From assembly GCA_964036045.1 (NCBI GenBank), contig OZ038378.1, positions 39,122,001 through 39,186,000 of the forward strand: a stretch of 64,000 bases of DNA, written 5' to 3'. This stretch comes from Eutreptiella sp. 'Long Island Sound 2002'. Lineage: Eukaryota > Protista > Euglenida. Of the stretch, positions 1 through 11,500 are shown one piece after another. The position numbers and the translations under genes are program-made. The first letter of the stretch is position 1. The number at the start of each line of letters is the position of its first letter. Under the pieces are notes generated by a model. That model did no database searches and was not told the DNA's origin. It saw only the letters and a program-made list of their open reading frames with translations.

Positions 1-2865
1 GGTGATCATTTGGGAACGAATCAATGGTGAATGAATCAATGGTGAGCAAATCAAAGGAGATCAAATCACAAGTGAACGAATCAATGGTGAACAAATCATG
101 GGTGAAGGAATCAGTGGTGAAAGTGCTCCTGCTCCCTGCACCCTGCACCGTGCTTCCTACTCCCCCTTAATGAAGAACTAGGACTGTACCAGCTCTAATC
201 AAAGCACAGTGTACGATCTACGGCAAACAAACCGTGATCTTCGTAAATGGAGAACTGGGACAGTACTAGCTCCATTCTAGGCACTGAAAGCAGTCGGATC
301 ACTGGTGAACGAATCATTGGTGAACGAATCAATGGTGAACAAATCAAAGGAGATCGAATCACACGTGAACGAATCCATGGTGAACAAATCAATGGTGAAC
401 AAATCACGTGTGAACAAATGAATGGTGAAAGTGCTCTTGCTCCCTGCACCCTGCACCGTGCTTCCTACTCCCGCTTAATGGAGAACTGGGACCGTACCAG
501 CTCTAATCAAAGCACAGTGTACGATCTACGGCAAACATGCCGTGATCTTCGTAAATGGAGAACTGGGACAGTACCAGCTCCATTCTACGCACTTCTGTGG
601 TTCGATCTCCTTTGATTTGTTCACCATTGATTCGTTCACCATCGATTCGTGCACCGGTGATGCGAGTGCTTTCAGTTCCTGAAATGGAGGTGGTACCGTC
701 CTAGGTCTCCATTTGCGATGATTACGGCTTTTTTGCTACAGAATCTACACTGTTCTGTGAGCTGTGATTCGATCTCCTTTGATTTGGTCAGCATTGATTC
801 GTTCACCATTGATTCTTTCATCAGTGATCCGACTGCTCGCAGTGCTTGGAATGGAGCCGGTACTGGCCCCGTTCTCCATTTACGAAGATTACGGCTTGTT
901 TGTTGTGCACTGTACACTGTGATTTGATTGGACCTGGTACTGTCCCAGTTCTCCATTCAGCAAGAGCACGAAGCAGGGGGTAGGGTGCAGGGAGCAGGAG
1001 CACTGTAACCATTGATTTGTTCACCCGTGATTTGTTCACCATTGATTTGTTCACCATTGATTTGTTCACCATTGATTCGTTCACCATTGATTCGTTCACC
1101 AGTGATCTCACCGCTTTCACTGCCTAGAATGGAGCTGGTACTGTCCGAATTCACCATTTACGAAGATTACGGCTTGTTTGCTTTGGGATGCACACTGTGC
1201 TTTGAGCAGACCTGGTACTGTCCCAGTTCTGCATTAAGCGGGAGTAGGAAGCACGGAGGAGGGTGCACGGAGCACGAGCACTTTCACCATTGATTAGTTC
1301 ACCATTGTTTCGTTCACCCGTGATTCGTTCGCCATTGATTTGTTCCCCAGTGATCCGATTGATGTCAGTGCCTTGAATGGAGCTCGTACTGTCACCATTC
1401 TTCATTTACGAAGATTACGGCTTGTTTGCTGTGGAGTGTACACTATGCTTTGAGCAGAGCTGGTACTGTCCGAGTTCTCCATTCAGCGGGAGCATGAAGC
1501 AGGAAGCAGGGTGCAAGGTGCAAGGAGCAGGACCCGACTCACCATTGATTCGTTCACCCGTGATTTGTTCACCATTGGTTTGTTGACCGTTGATTTGTTC
1601 ATGTGCGATTCGATCTCTTTTTTGATTCGTTCACCATTGATTGTTCAGCATTGATTCGTTCACCAGCGATCCGACTGCTTTCAGTGCCTGGAATGGAGCT
1701 AGTACTGTCCTAGTTCTCCATCTCTGATGATTACGGCTTGTTTGCCGTGGACTGAACACTGTGCTTTGAGCAGAGCTGGTATTGTCCCAGTTCTCCATTC
1801 AGCGGGAGTAGGAAGCACGGAGCAGGGTGCAGGGAGCAAGAGCACTTTCACCATTCATTTGTTCACACGTGATTTGTTCACCATTGATTTGTTCACCATG
1901 GATTCGTTCACGTGTGATTCGATCTCCTTTGATTTGTTCACCATTGATTCGTTCACCAATGATCCGTTCACCAGTGATCCGACTGCTTTCAGTGCCTAGA
2001 ATGGAGCTATTAGTGTCCCAATTCACCATTTACCAAGATTATGGCTTGTTTGCTGTGGACTGTACACTATGCTTTGATTAGAGCTGGTACGGTCCAAGTT
2101 CTCCATTCTGCGGGAGGAGGAAGCAGGGGGCAGGGTGCAGGGAGCAGGAGCACTTTCACCATTGATTCGTTCAGCCGTGATTTGTTCACCATTGATTTGT
2201 TCACCATTGATTCGTTCACCTGTGATTCGATCTCCTTTGATTTGTTCACCATTGATTTGTGCACAATTGATTCGTTCACCAGTGATCCGACTGCTTTCAG
2301 TGCCTGGAATGGAGCTGGTGCTGTCCCAGTTCTCCATTTGCGATGATTACGGCTTGTTTGCCGCAGATCGTACATTGTGCTTTGATTAGAGCTGGTACGG
2401 TCCCAGTTCTCCATTCCACGGGAGCAGGAAGCAGGGGGTAGGGTGCAGGGAGCACGACCACTTCCACCATTGATTTGTTCACCCATGATTTGTTCACCAT
2501 TGATTCGTTCACTTGTGATTCGTTCACCATTGATTCGTTCGCCATTGATCCGACTTCTTTCAGTGCATGGAATGGAGCTGGCACTGTCCCATTTCTCCAT
2601 TTACGACGAATACGGCTTGTTTGCTGTGGACCCTACATTGTGCTTTGAGTAAAGCTCGTACTATCCCAGTTCTTCATTCAGCGAGAGCAGGAAGCAGGGT
2701 GCAGGCTGTAGGGAGCAGGAGCATTTTCACCATTAACTCGTTCACCCGTGATTTGTTCACCATTGATGCGTTCACCATTGATTCGTTCACCCCTGATTCG
2801 ATCTCCTTTGATTTGTTCACCATTGATTCGTTCACCATTGATTCGTTCACCATTGATCCGACTAC
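1..2865. repeat. Composite satellite (~300-bp units: runs of a ~15-bp subrepeat TGATTCGTTCACCAT plus a ~130-bp spacer), with orientation flipped at ~593-600
   Basis: The motifs TTCACCATTGATT and CTGGAATGGAGCTGGTACTGTCCCAGTTCTCCAT recur. They appear as reverse complements in 1-593 and forward in 600-2865. ORFs here translate to GEQING/CSPLIRSP repeats. Confidence 0.95.
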
Positions 2866-3128
2866 AGGTCTGTAGTGAAACCTAGTAAAATTTTTTTTGA
2901 AAATTTTTTTTTTACTAGGTAGCAGTTTACTAGGTAACAGGTTTTTTTACTAGGTATTGGGAACCGAGTAAAAAAAAAGTTTTTTTTTTACTAGGTTTCA
3001 AAACCTAGTAAAAAAAGTTTTTGTTTTTACTAGGTTTCGGAACCTAGTAAAAAAAAAGTTTTTGTTTTTACTAGGTTTCAGAACCTAGTGAAAACAAAAT
3101 GTTGTTTTTTTACTAGGTTACTGGGTAG

Positions 3129-4360
3129 CCACCTTGCCCACTTGTGGGCCACTTCTGATTTTGCCCCCCGCTCTGAAGCGGTGGGGCTCCCCGATACGGC
3201 AGGGGTGAGGTAGCCAATTTGCCCACTTGTGGGCCACTTCTGATTTTGCCCCCCGCTCTGAAGCGCCGGGGCTCCCCGATACGGCAGGGGTGAGGTAGCC
3301 AATTTGCCCACTTGTGGGCCACTTCTGATTCTACCCCCCGCTCTGAAGCGGAGGGCATCCCCGATACGGGAGGGGTGAGGTAGCCAATTTGCCCACAAGT
3401 GGGCCACTTCTGATTTTGCCCCCTGCTCTGCAGCGGTGGGGCTCCCAGATACGGCAGGGGTGAGGTAGCCACTTCGCCCACTTGTGGGCCACTTCTGATT
3501 TTGCCCCCCGCTCTGAAGCGGTGGGGCTCCCCGATACGGCAGGGGTGAGGTAGCCAATTTGCCCACTTGTGGGCCACTTCTGATTTTGCCCCCCGCTCTG
3601 AAGCGGTGGGGCTCCCGATACGGCAGGGGTGAGGTAGCCAATTTGCCCACTTGTGGGCCACTTCTGATTCTGCCCCCCACCTCTGAAGCAGAGGGGATCC
3701 CCGATACGGCAGGGGTGAGGTAGCCAAGTTGCCCACAAGTGGGCCACTTCTGATTTTGCCCCCTGCTCTGCAGCGGTGGGGCTCCCGGATACGGCAGGGG
3801 TGAGGTAGCCACTTTGCCCACTTGTGGGCCACTTCTGATTCTGCCCCCCGCTCTGAAGAGGAGGGGATCCCCGATACGGCAGGGGTGAGGTAGCCAATTT
3901 GCCCACTTGTGGGCCACTTCTGATTCTGCCCCCCGCTCTGAAGCGGTGGGGCTCCCCGATACGGCAGGGGTGAGGTAGCCTCTTTGCCCACTTGTGGGCC
4001 ACTTCTGATTTTGCCCCCCGCTCTGAAGCGGTGGGGCTCCCCGATACGGCAGGGGTGAGGTAGCCAATTTGCCCACTTGTGGGCCACTTCTGATTTTGCT
4101 TCCCGCTCTGCAGCGGTCGGCCTCCCCGATACGGCAGGGGTGAGGTAGCCAATTTGCCCACTTGTGGGCCACTTCTGATTTTGCCCCCCGCTCTGAAGCA
4201 GTGGGGCTCCCCGATACGGCAGGGGTGAGGTAGCCACTTTGCCCACTTGTGGGCCACTTCTGATTTTGCCCCCTGCTCTGCAGCGGTGGGGCTCCCAGAT
4301 ACGGCAGGGGTGAGGTAGCCACTTTGCCCACTTGTGGGCCACTTCTGATTTTGCCCCCCG
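3129..4360. repeat. 85-bp tandem array (~14.5 copies) inside the Mutator-like element
   Basis: GCCCAC(TT/AA)GTGGGCCACTTCTGATT recurs at 3221, 3306, 3391 and onward (period 85). Confidence 0.97.
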
Positions 4361-4631
4361 GGACAAGTTTTTGGGTGAGTTCGGCAGTGTAGCTTTTGCT
4401 ATAGCCCCCCTCTACTCCACCTTCCTACATCAGGACGACTTTGTGAGCTGCCATCCTGCCTGCCTTCTGATGCTACATTGCCTTTTGTCTAGGCGTGTTG
4501 TCAACGGTAGCATCCAACTTCCACAAGACAGATTGTGGTTGTTGCGTGAGATTGCACAGGCAGCTTTGCACTATCGCACTTCTCCGCATGCCCCCCCTAT
4601 TGAGACCACACCCAGTTGGGCCTTGGCACGG

Positions 4632-5111
4632 ATGTATGCTACGCCCTATTCTTCACCCAGCCGTTCGTCGTGCTTTTTTTGCGACGACACAGCCCACATC
4701 ACGTGCCCTGAATGTGGAGTTTATCAGTGTGCCCTGCATGCTTCCGGTTTCTGTTCCACGGAGATATGTGTGGCATTGCGCAAATGGAGAGTGCAATTTA
4801 CTGCCACACTGGCATGCATTGTGTTGGCATTCGCCTTGGGTGACCGGCTTGTGGTTGACAAGCCGCCTTCTTTAGATGAGGTCCGTCCAAAGGTGGTGAT
4901 CCGTGGTGAAGAATTTTTTGTTCCAGAGCATTACCCCAAAGATGCCTCTGGGAAATTGGAGTATGACAAAAATCTAATCAAAGAGTTGGAAGAAAAGACC
5001 ACGGGCGTGATTCGCAACATGTGCAAGCACAACCCTCCCTCTGCACAACCCACCTACAAAGACAAGAAGTCGGACCTCATCTACAAGCGCGTGTTTTGCG
5101 ACTTCATATAA
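4632..5111 (+). CDS. Hypothetical protein with a Cys/His zinc-finger-like motif (cargo of the Mutator-like element); start uncertain
   Basis: The open frame is 4332-5111. It contains CFFC-x7-CPEC-x4-C-x2-H-x4-C, followed by a hydrophobic stretch and a charged, protein-like C-terminus. Confidence 0.45.
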   Translation: MYATPYSSPSRSSCFFCDDTAHITCPECGVYQCALHASGFCSTEICVALRKWRVQFTATLACIVLAFALGDRLVVDKPPSLDEVRPKVVIRGEEFFVPEHYPKDASGKLEYDKNLIKELEEKTTGVIRNMCKHNPPSAQPTYKDKKSDLIYKRVFCDFI

Positions 5112-5521
5112 AGCACACGTGTGTGCACCTCATATATGTATATATATATTTATGATATAAAAGCTCCTTCTTTTCTTGAGCCTCATTTTATTTTTGCTGA
5201 CCTTGCAATACACGGTTTGGCCCAGGTGGGGCGCCACTTACACAAGTGGCCTGGAATAGACCAGGGGGCACCATGCCCTTAAACATAAATACCACCTGCC
5301 GTTGACCCCCCCCCCCCCCCATAAACTTGGTGTTTTTTGTTCAAATTCAAGTCCAAATTTGTCACTACCTAGTAACCTAGTAAGGGAAAATTTTTTAAAA
5401 TTTTTGCTTTTTTTACCTAGTAAAAAAAAATTTTTTTTTACTAGGTTTTGCTACATTTTACTAGGTTTTGCTACATTTTACTAGGTTTTGCTACGTGCAT
5501 ACTAGGTTTCACCAAATGCCC

Positions 5522-5700
5522 TCCGACTACTTTCAGTGCCTGGAATGGAGCTTGTAGTGTCCCAGTTCTCCATTTGCGATGATTACGGCTTGTTTGCCGT
5601 GGATTGTACACGGTGATTTGAGTAGAGCTGGTACGGTCTCAGTTCTCCATTGAGCGGGAGTAGGAAGCAGGAAGCAGGGTGCAGGGAGCAGGAGCATTTT
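5522..5700. repeat. Continuation of the composite satellite after the insertion
   Basis: TTTCAGTGCCTGGAATGGAGC...CAGGGTGCAGGGAGCAGGAGCA, in the same orientation as 600-2865. Confidence 0.9.
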
Positions 5701-6189
5701 TGGGAGCGGGGAAAGGAGAACTGAGGGAAACCGAACAGGTACTTGTACCTTACCAGTGGTGGCTCCACTGCTTTTCCGCACACGCCACTCAGAACCACGA
5801 GTGGGTGCCCCACCGGCGCCAGGAGCCACACTCGGGCCGGATTGACGGGAAGTGGTGAGCGCAACGAGGTTGTCCACATCCAGCAATTGGCATTGGACAA
5901 CCCCTCACCACCCCCAGTTCTCAAAAAAGTGGGTTTCAAGTGGGGGGGGTGTCTGGGGGGGGTCCGGACCAAAAACTGGGGGATGCACCCATTGGACAAA
6001 ATAATCATTTTACAAGGGGTTAAACTAACAATTCAACCCCTTGGGGTTGGGTACGCCAATAGGCGCAAAAAGACCCAAAAGGGGGGGGTATGTGGCGTTT
6101 TCCCCGATATGCGCCTGCCTGGCTTTGATCTAACAACCTCTGCAAGGTGATTTTTGTTTTGGTTTTTTTTTACTTTTTTTATGTTTTGA

Positions 6190-6712
6190 TTTTGTCCCCT
6201 TTGTTGGGGATCCCCGAGAATGCAGGGGTGACGTAGCATTTCCGCCCACTTGTGGGCCCCAGAAGGCAGGGGTTAGGAAGCCAATTCTGATCTTGTCCCC
6301 CCTTGTTCCACTGACCATCCCCCCCCCCTCCTGTTGCAATTTTTTTTTGCCAACATACATACCGCAAAAATGTGTAGCGCGATGAGGGGATCATTTTAAG
6401 CCATGTATGTTGGGGTCCGGGTGCCCCCTTCCCCTTCAGGCGGCCCTAGCCCCCCCCCCCCCCCCCTCCCCGCCCTGAAATTGGTTGGAAAGTGGGAGGG
6501 AGTCGGCGTATGGCCCGATGGTCCCCCCCCCCCCCCCGTGGACTACCTAGTAACCTAGTAAGGAAAATTTTTTAAGATTTTTGCTTTTTTTACCTAGTAA
6601 AAAAAACTTAAAAAACTTTTTAAAAATTTTTTTGTACTAGGTTTTACTACATTTTACTAGGTTTTACTACATTTCACTAGGTTTTACTACGGCACATACT
6701 AGGTGCCCCCCT
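6190..6712. mobile_element. Remnant of a related element: degenerate 85-bp-type units plus a second copy of the ACTAGGT right arm
   Basis: 6543 CTACCTAGTAACCTAGTAAGG matches 5365. The 6200-6300 region contains GCAGGGGTGACGTAGC..GCCCACTTGTGGGCC, resembling the 85-bp unit. Confidence 0.65.
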
Positions 6713-7349
6713 AGGTGCCATGCCCCTTTTTTCACCTCCTCTCTCCCCCTCTTCACAACAACTAACCTTTTGTACATTGCGTTTTTAGGTGCAGTGTATC
6801 CAATCTTTATTGGTTCTTCCTCAACCCCTTCCTCTCCTACTCCCTCTGCTCATCAAACCCGATAGACCCTAACCTACCAACTAATGTGTTGTACACCTTC
6901 TACTTGCGGTGTATCCAATGCCCACCCATTGGTCTCCCCTCCCATCCCTGTTATCATCCATCTGCGCCACGGTTCCATTGCCTTACCCATGCTTGGAGTA
7001 CCCAAAATGTCCGTGGGGGTGCCTCACTTCACCTCTCCAAGTAGCAATGGCGGTCAGATTGTATTTTTTTTTTTCATCAGCACTCGCGCTGACACTCAGA
7101 AAAAAAACAAAAACTGGGGTACACTCGCGCTGACACTCAAAAACAAAAATAATTTTAGTTTAGTTTTTTTTTTTCCGGAGTGTCACTTCGTTACACTTGC
7201 GTGACACGTGGGGGTGGTGAGTGAAAATGATGCCGGCGCCCAACCCATATGTTGAGAATGTTGCCTCTGATGCTGTGGTGGCACGCGATTGTTGAAAGCA
7301 TTCAGCATTGTGCCTGGCAGATTCCAATAACAATTGCACACTGGTCAGT

Positions 7350-8560
7350 ACCGTTGTGGGTTCTCTGGGGAATTGTCTTACAATGTGAACAATAACCTTC
7401 AGCAGCCAAAGCTATCTAATGCTTGTACCTTTAGATTAGTTGGCTAGTCAGTGCTAACAGTACACTGGCACCAATGCGTCAGTGTACTGCTAGCACACTG
7501 GCCCGTTGGTACTACAGTCTTTCCTTTGTAGATCAATGCACACACCCTCCTTGATCCCATTTTGTAAGTACTTGAAATGGTTGGTAAGTTGTGGTTGTCC
7601 TTCTTGTTGTAGGTTTTCATGTTTCTGTGTTGTAAGAATATTCCTGGTCTGCGGCACCTGCATTGGGCCCTGCAGCGCACGTTTGGCATGCACAGCAGTG
7701 CACCTGCAGCCCCCAGGGCAAGAGTGTGTTAAACTGCGAGGGCAGGAGTGTCTGCAGTTGTGAGAAACAGTGTCATGGTGTTTCATATTTTTTGAGCGCC
7801 TTGAGCGGTGTGATGGGCAGCAGTGTGAGGGATAGGGAGGGGTGGGCCAGATTCCGCAGTACGTGTTGTTTGCATAGTCAGAGTTGCTGTGAGGGATAGG
7901 GCACGGTGTGGGACCGTAAACCTGAGGTCATGTCCCATCATTGGCCTGGAATCATATTCATGTGGTTTCAGGCCTGGGCTGCCACCCGCCTCAGTCCAAG
8001 GCGCAGTCCCTTGCTGGACTCATTAACACATTGCGAATGGCACCTGACGGCTCCTTGCTGAACAATCTGGACAATATGTGTCGCGGATCCGCCGTGTGAT
8101 CCTTGAAGTACTGTTGGAATGCCAGAGTGGTTCCGGAGGGTGACGACCATCGTCAATCTATGGCCAAGGAGCAGTCCCCACCTCCTGCCCCATCCAAGCA
8201 CAAGAAGCAGGCCAGAGACTGCTCCACACACGCTTTGTGCAATGTCCCATCTTGAATGTGGTCAGGGTGTCGAGGGTAATCTGTGCCACATGGTCGGCGT
8301 GCTACAGCGAGGGACATTTGCCTGTCGCTCTGCGCTCTTTTAGGAGGATTGTTGTGGCCAGCATTCGAGGTAGGTAATGGTGTGCTTGTGGCTTTACCAA
8401 TGACGAAGGCACAGCAATTCAGTGAATCTATTGGGGAGAGAAGGACACTGATGACAGTGGGGCGAAGACAAACCCCAAACAGCGAGTCAGGGAACATCGC
8501 AGCAAAACCCTGTCCGTTCTGCTTCCCAGAAGGTGGTTGCATCTGTGATGTGCTTCAGTC
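7350..8560 (-). pseudogene. Possible highly degenerate non-LTR (LINE-like) reverse transcriptase remnant
   Basis: Minus-strand fragments NAGHNNP (resembling the xPGPDG motif) and PFQVL..GIKEG-CAL across a frameshift near 7545 (resembling GIKQGCPLSP). There are many stops and no clear YxDD. Confidence 0.3.
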
Positions 8561-11500
8561 CTCGTCTCCATGGTAGGCCGGTTTACAATCCCCCGAGTTC
8601 CGGGGCATGAAGTGGTGCATTGTACACTCGGTGCAGGTTCATACATTTGGAAACCGGCATTGATTGATGGCGGGTTTGTTAGATAATGCCTGGCCCCACC
8701 GCACGTGATGCAGATAGACTCTTTGCGTGCCATTTTCATCCTCAATGCAAGACCTGGTAGTAAGGTGCTAGCTGAAATATGTTGGACCACTGGTTCATGG
8801 TTGGTTCATGGTGAGGGAATAGTCCCGGCTAAGTGCCCGCCTCCGCACATGGCACACACACAACAAGGAGAACATCAATCAAAGTTGCAACTTTGAAGAT
8901 GAGGCCAGGGTGCCCCGGATGCCGGGAGTTGTGGAGCACTATTCTTGGGGTGCACTGTGCGCACACTTAGCGCCGTAAACGTGGGGCACGCAGGTCCGAA
9001 ATGTGCCGTAAACAGCACGGATGTTTCCATTAAGTGTAGGCATTGCCAAAGGGGGGATAGTAGGTGGTTTGGCACATTTCTAACATGAGCGTTTAGGGCT
9101 CTGATGCCGTAAATAGTGAAGATTTTTGCAGGGAAAGCAGTGAGGAAGCAGGGATATGTGAACCCCTAGAGAGTACACCCCTCCTTGGAGCCCTGTCTGA
9201 CGGGGAAGGGCAGAGATGGACCGATTGGGGGGAACTTGCATAGTCCTTTTGTTGCATCATGTTGATATGGGGGTGAATTCAAACATTTTCCACAAAAGCC
9301 CTACGGGACACACCAGTGAACACCACCAATGGGCGGGGGGGGGGTCATTTTGTAGTGGGTACACATGTACGGCGCCAATGCCAAAAATGTTTACGGCGCT
9401 GGCGCCGTATAAAGCGAGGGGGTAAATTTCTGATGATTGTAGCGATAATGGGGGTTTTAGGGCAGTGCTTTTCACCAAAATCAGCCAAAAAATTTCCGGG
9501 TGCACCTAACCACGGTGAGAACTGTTAAAACTGCAAACTGCATAAACTGTCATATGCAAGGGTCATGAAAATATGGGGTTGATCTAAAAAGGTTTCCACA
9601 GTAGCCTAATAGGACCGAATATCTGAAACAATTAGGCTGTATTTTCGTTACTGGTTTGAAAGTGGCTGTAAGAGCCAAAATTTATTCCAATTGTGGAGCC
9701 TTTCCGTCTCACTACAGTGCACCGCTTTCTTGAATCTGTTGTTTTGATGATTATTGTGAAATTTTGTGGCAGTGCCTGTCATGAGCAACAATGACAAATG
9801 TGACCAGCATGTTTTTGGCCCATGTGTGCTGCATTCGTGTGTGTGCAGTTTAGCTGAACCTCGGGGAGCTGGCAAGGGAAATCCACACACCATAAAAATG
9901 TTGCAAAAAGTACAATATTTACATCAAAATGTGTCATTGCACGGGGCTGCAATCGAAATTCCGAGGTGCCTGCCCCCCCGTGATTTCAGCTAGACACACA
10001 CGTGATTGCAGTACAGAAGCGCCAGCGTGCACCCAAGGACGTGCTAGTCATTGATGCTGAAGAATGGCCGTGCCACAAAACTCCCATTGTCACAATCATC
10101 ATTGGAACCAAGAGATTCCAGAAGGTGGTGCATTGCAGCGAGACTGGCTTCCCAGAAGAAGGTCTGGCTTTTTTAGCCCGTTTCAAACCACCTGAAAAGA
10201 CAAAATTATACTCTCAGCTATTGGATCTTATTAGGCTGCTGTGCAAACCTTTTTGGATCCCTCCCATATTTTCATAACCTTTGCATGTGGCAGCTTATGC
10301 AGTTTGCTATTTTAATATTTGTCACCGTGTTTACGCGCACGCATAATTTTTTGGTTGATGTTGGTGAAAGGCACTGCCACAAAAAACCCACGATCGGGAT
10401 AATCATCACAATGTACCCTCTCTCTGGCGCCGTAAATGTGTTTTTACTATAGAATGATCCCTACTCCGGCCAGTATTGATGTTCATTTGTGTTCCCGGCT
10501 GCCATGGGTCATGACGGGGACCACATGGTATCTATGGGAAGCACCAGTGGACCATGCAGGTTCTTCTCTAGCTAGGCATCTTTGCCCCACCCGTATAGTG
10601 AGCAACAATGTTTGCACCACATTCTGCTGTTTTCCAAGGTCTCCGTAGCTGTCAATTTCTACGGCATCAACGCTTCTACGGCGGCATGAACACCGTAAAC
10701 ATTTTGGCAAAGATATTTCAACGGAAGGAAAACTTCTCCAACGAAAATTTCAATTTTTTGCACTGAACGGCGCCTGCTGATGGCTTCCCAGGCCGTTCCC
10801 GCCGAAAATTACAATAAGATGATATTTTGATAGGCTGCTTGTTATGCAGACATCAATCTTTTCTTCTTTGCAACTGTCCAAATAGACAGAAATTTTGCGT
10901 CTGGTTCGTAAATTAGATTTTGCACCTATCTTTCTTTTTGTTGCTTTTTTTGACATTCTTTTGGGGCCACCAACGAACTATTCGGTGAAGACAAAATGGA
11001 AATTTCAACAAGATTCGTCAATATGTATGGCGGGTGTGCCGTAAAATTTCTGCTGGTTGCCCATCCGTAGTGGAGGAAGTTAGAAGCCTTGGATACACAT
11101 TTTTTCCAAAAAGTGTATATTTCATACGGCGCCGTAGCTTTGAGGGTTTACGGCTGTTTTTGCGCGTGTAGCGCACCCCAAGGTGTTTGAAAGTTATTGA
11201 GGTTTGTGGAAGTAATTATTGTGTATTGTCCATTGCCAACATATTTCATGGTTATTGAGAGTTAAGAAAGATTTGCGGTACCAAGTAGCATGGCATCAAT
11301 ACCACATGATGCATGCCACTATCCCCCTTTGGAAGCCTTTTCCCATGTCTCTGGTAGTCCAGGCGGATGCACAGACTCGATGACCAATGTGGCATTGTGG
11401 TACATGTCACTATGCCGTAAAGCAGTCCAGCAGCACCCCACACAAAATACCTTACGGAGCCAGGTGAAGTACTAGCCACAATAGCCTAGAAAAAGCAAGC

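Larger units (their letters stand above)
2866..5521. mobile_element. Non-autonomous Mutator/Foldback-like DNA element with modular inverted ends and a 9-bp target-site duplication
   Basis: TCCGACTAC occurs at 2857-2865 and 5522-5530, and the satellite resumes after the second copy. The termini are imperfect inverted repeats (AGGTCTGTAGTGAAACCTAGTA vs reverse complement of right end GGGCATTTGGTGAAACCTAGTA). The arms (2866-3128, 5365-5521) are built of ACTAGGT modules. The inner boundaries 3111-3128 and 5365-5382 are 17/18 inverted matches. Confidence 0.8.

Noticed and set aside
195-2875. Many overlapping ORFs (GEQING / CSPLIRSP peptides)
   Set aside because: These are translations of the satellite in several frames and on both strands, with no domain signal.
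3129-4360. Palindrome-containing regular repeat, considered as a CRISPR array
   Set aside because: The 85-bp units are near-identical throughout, with no unique spacers and no cas genes, in a eukaryotic context.
3078-4366. 417-aa ORFs in several minus-strand frames
   Set aside because: They are stop-free readings of the 85-bp array.
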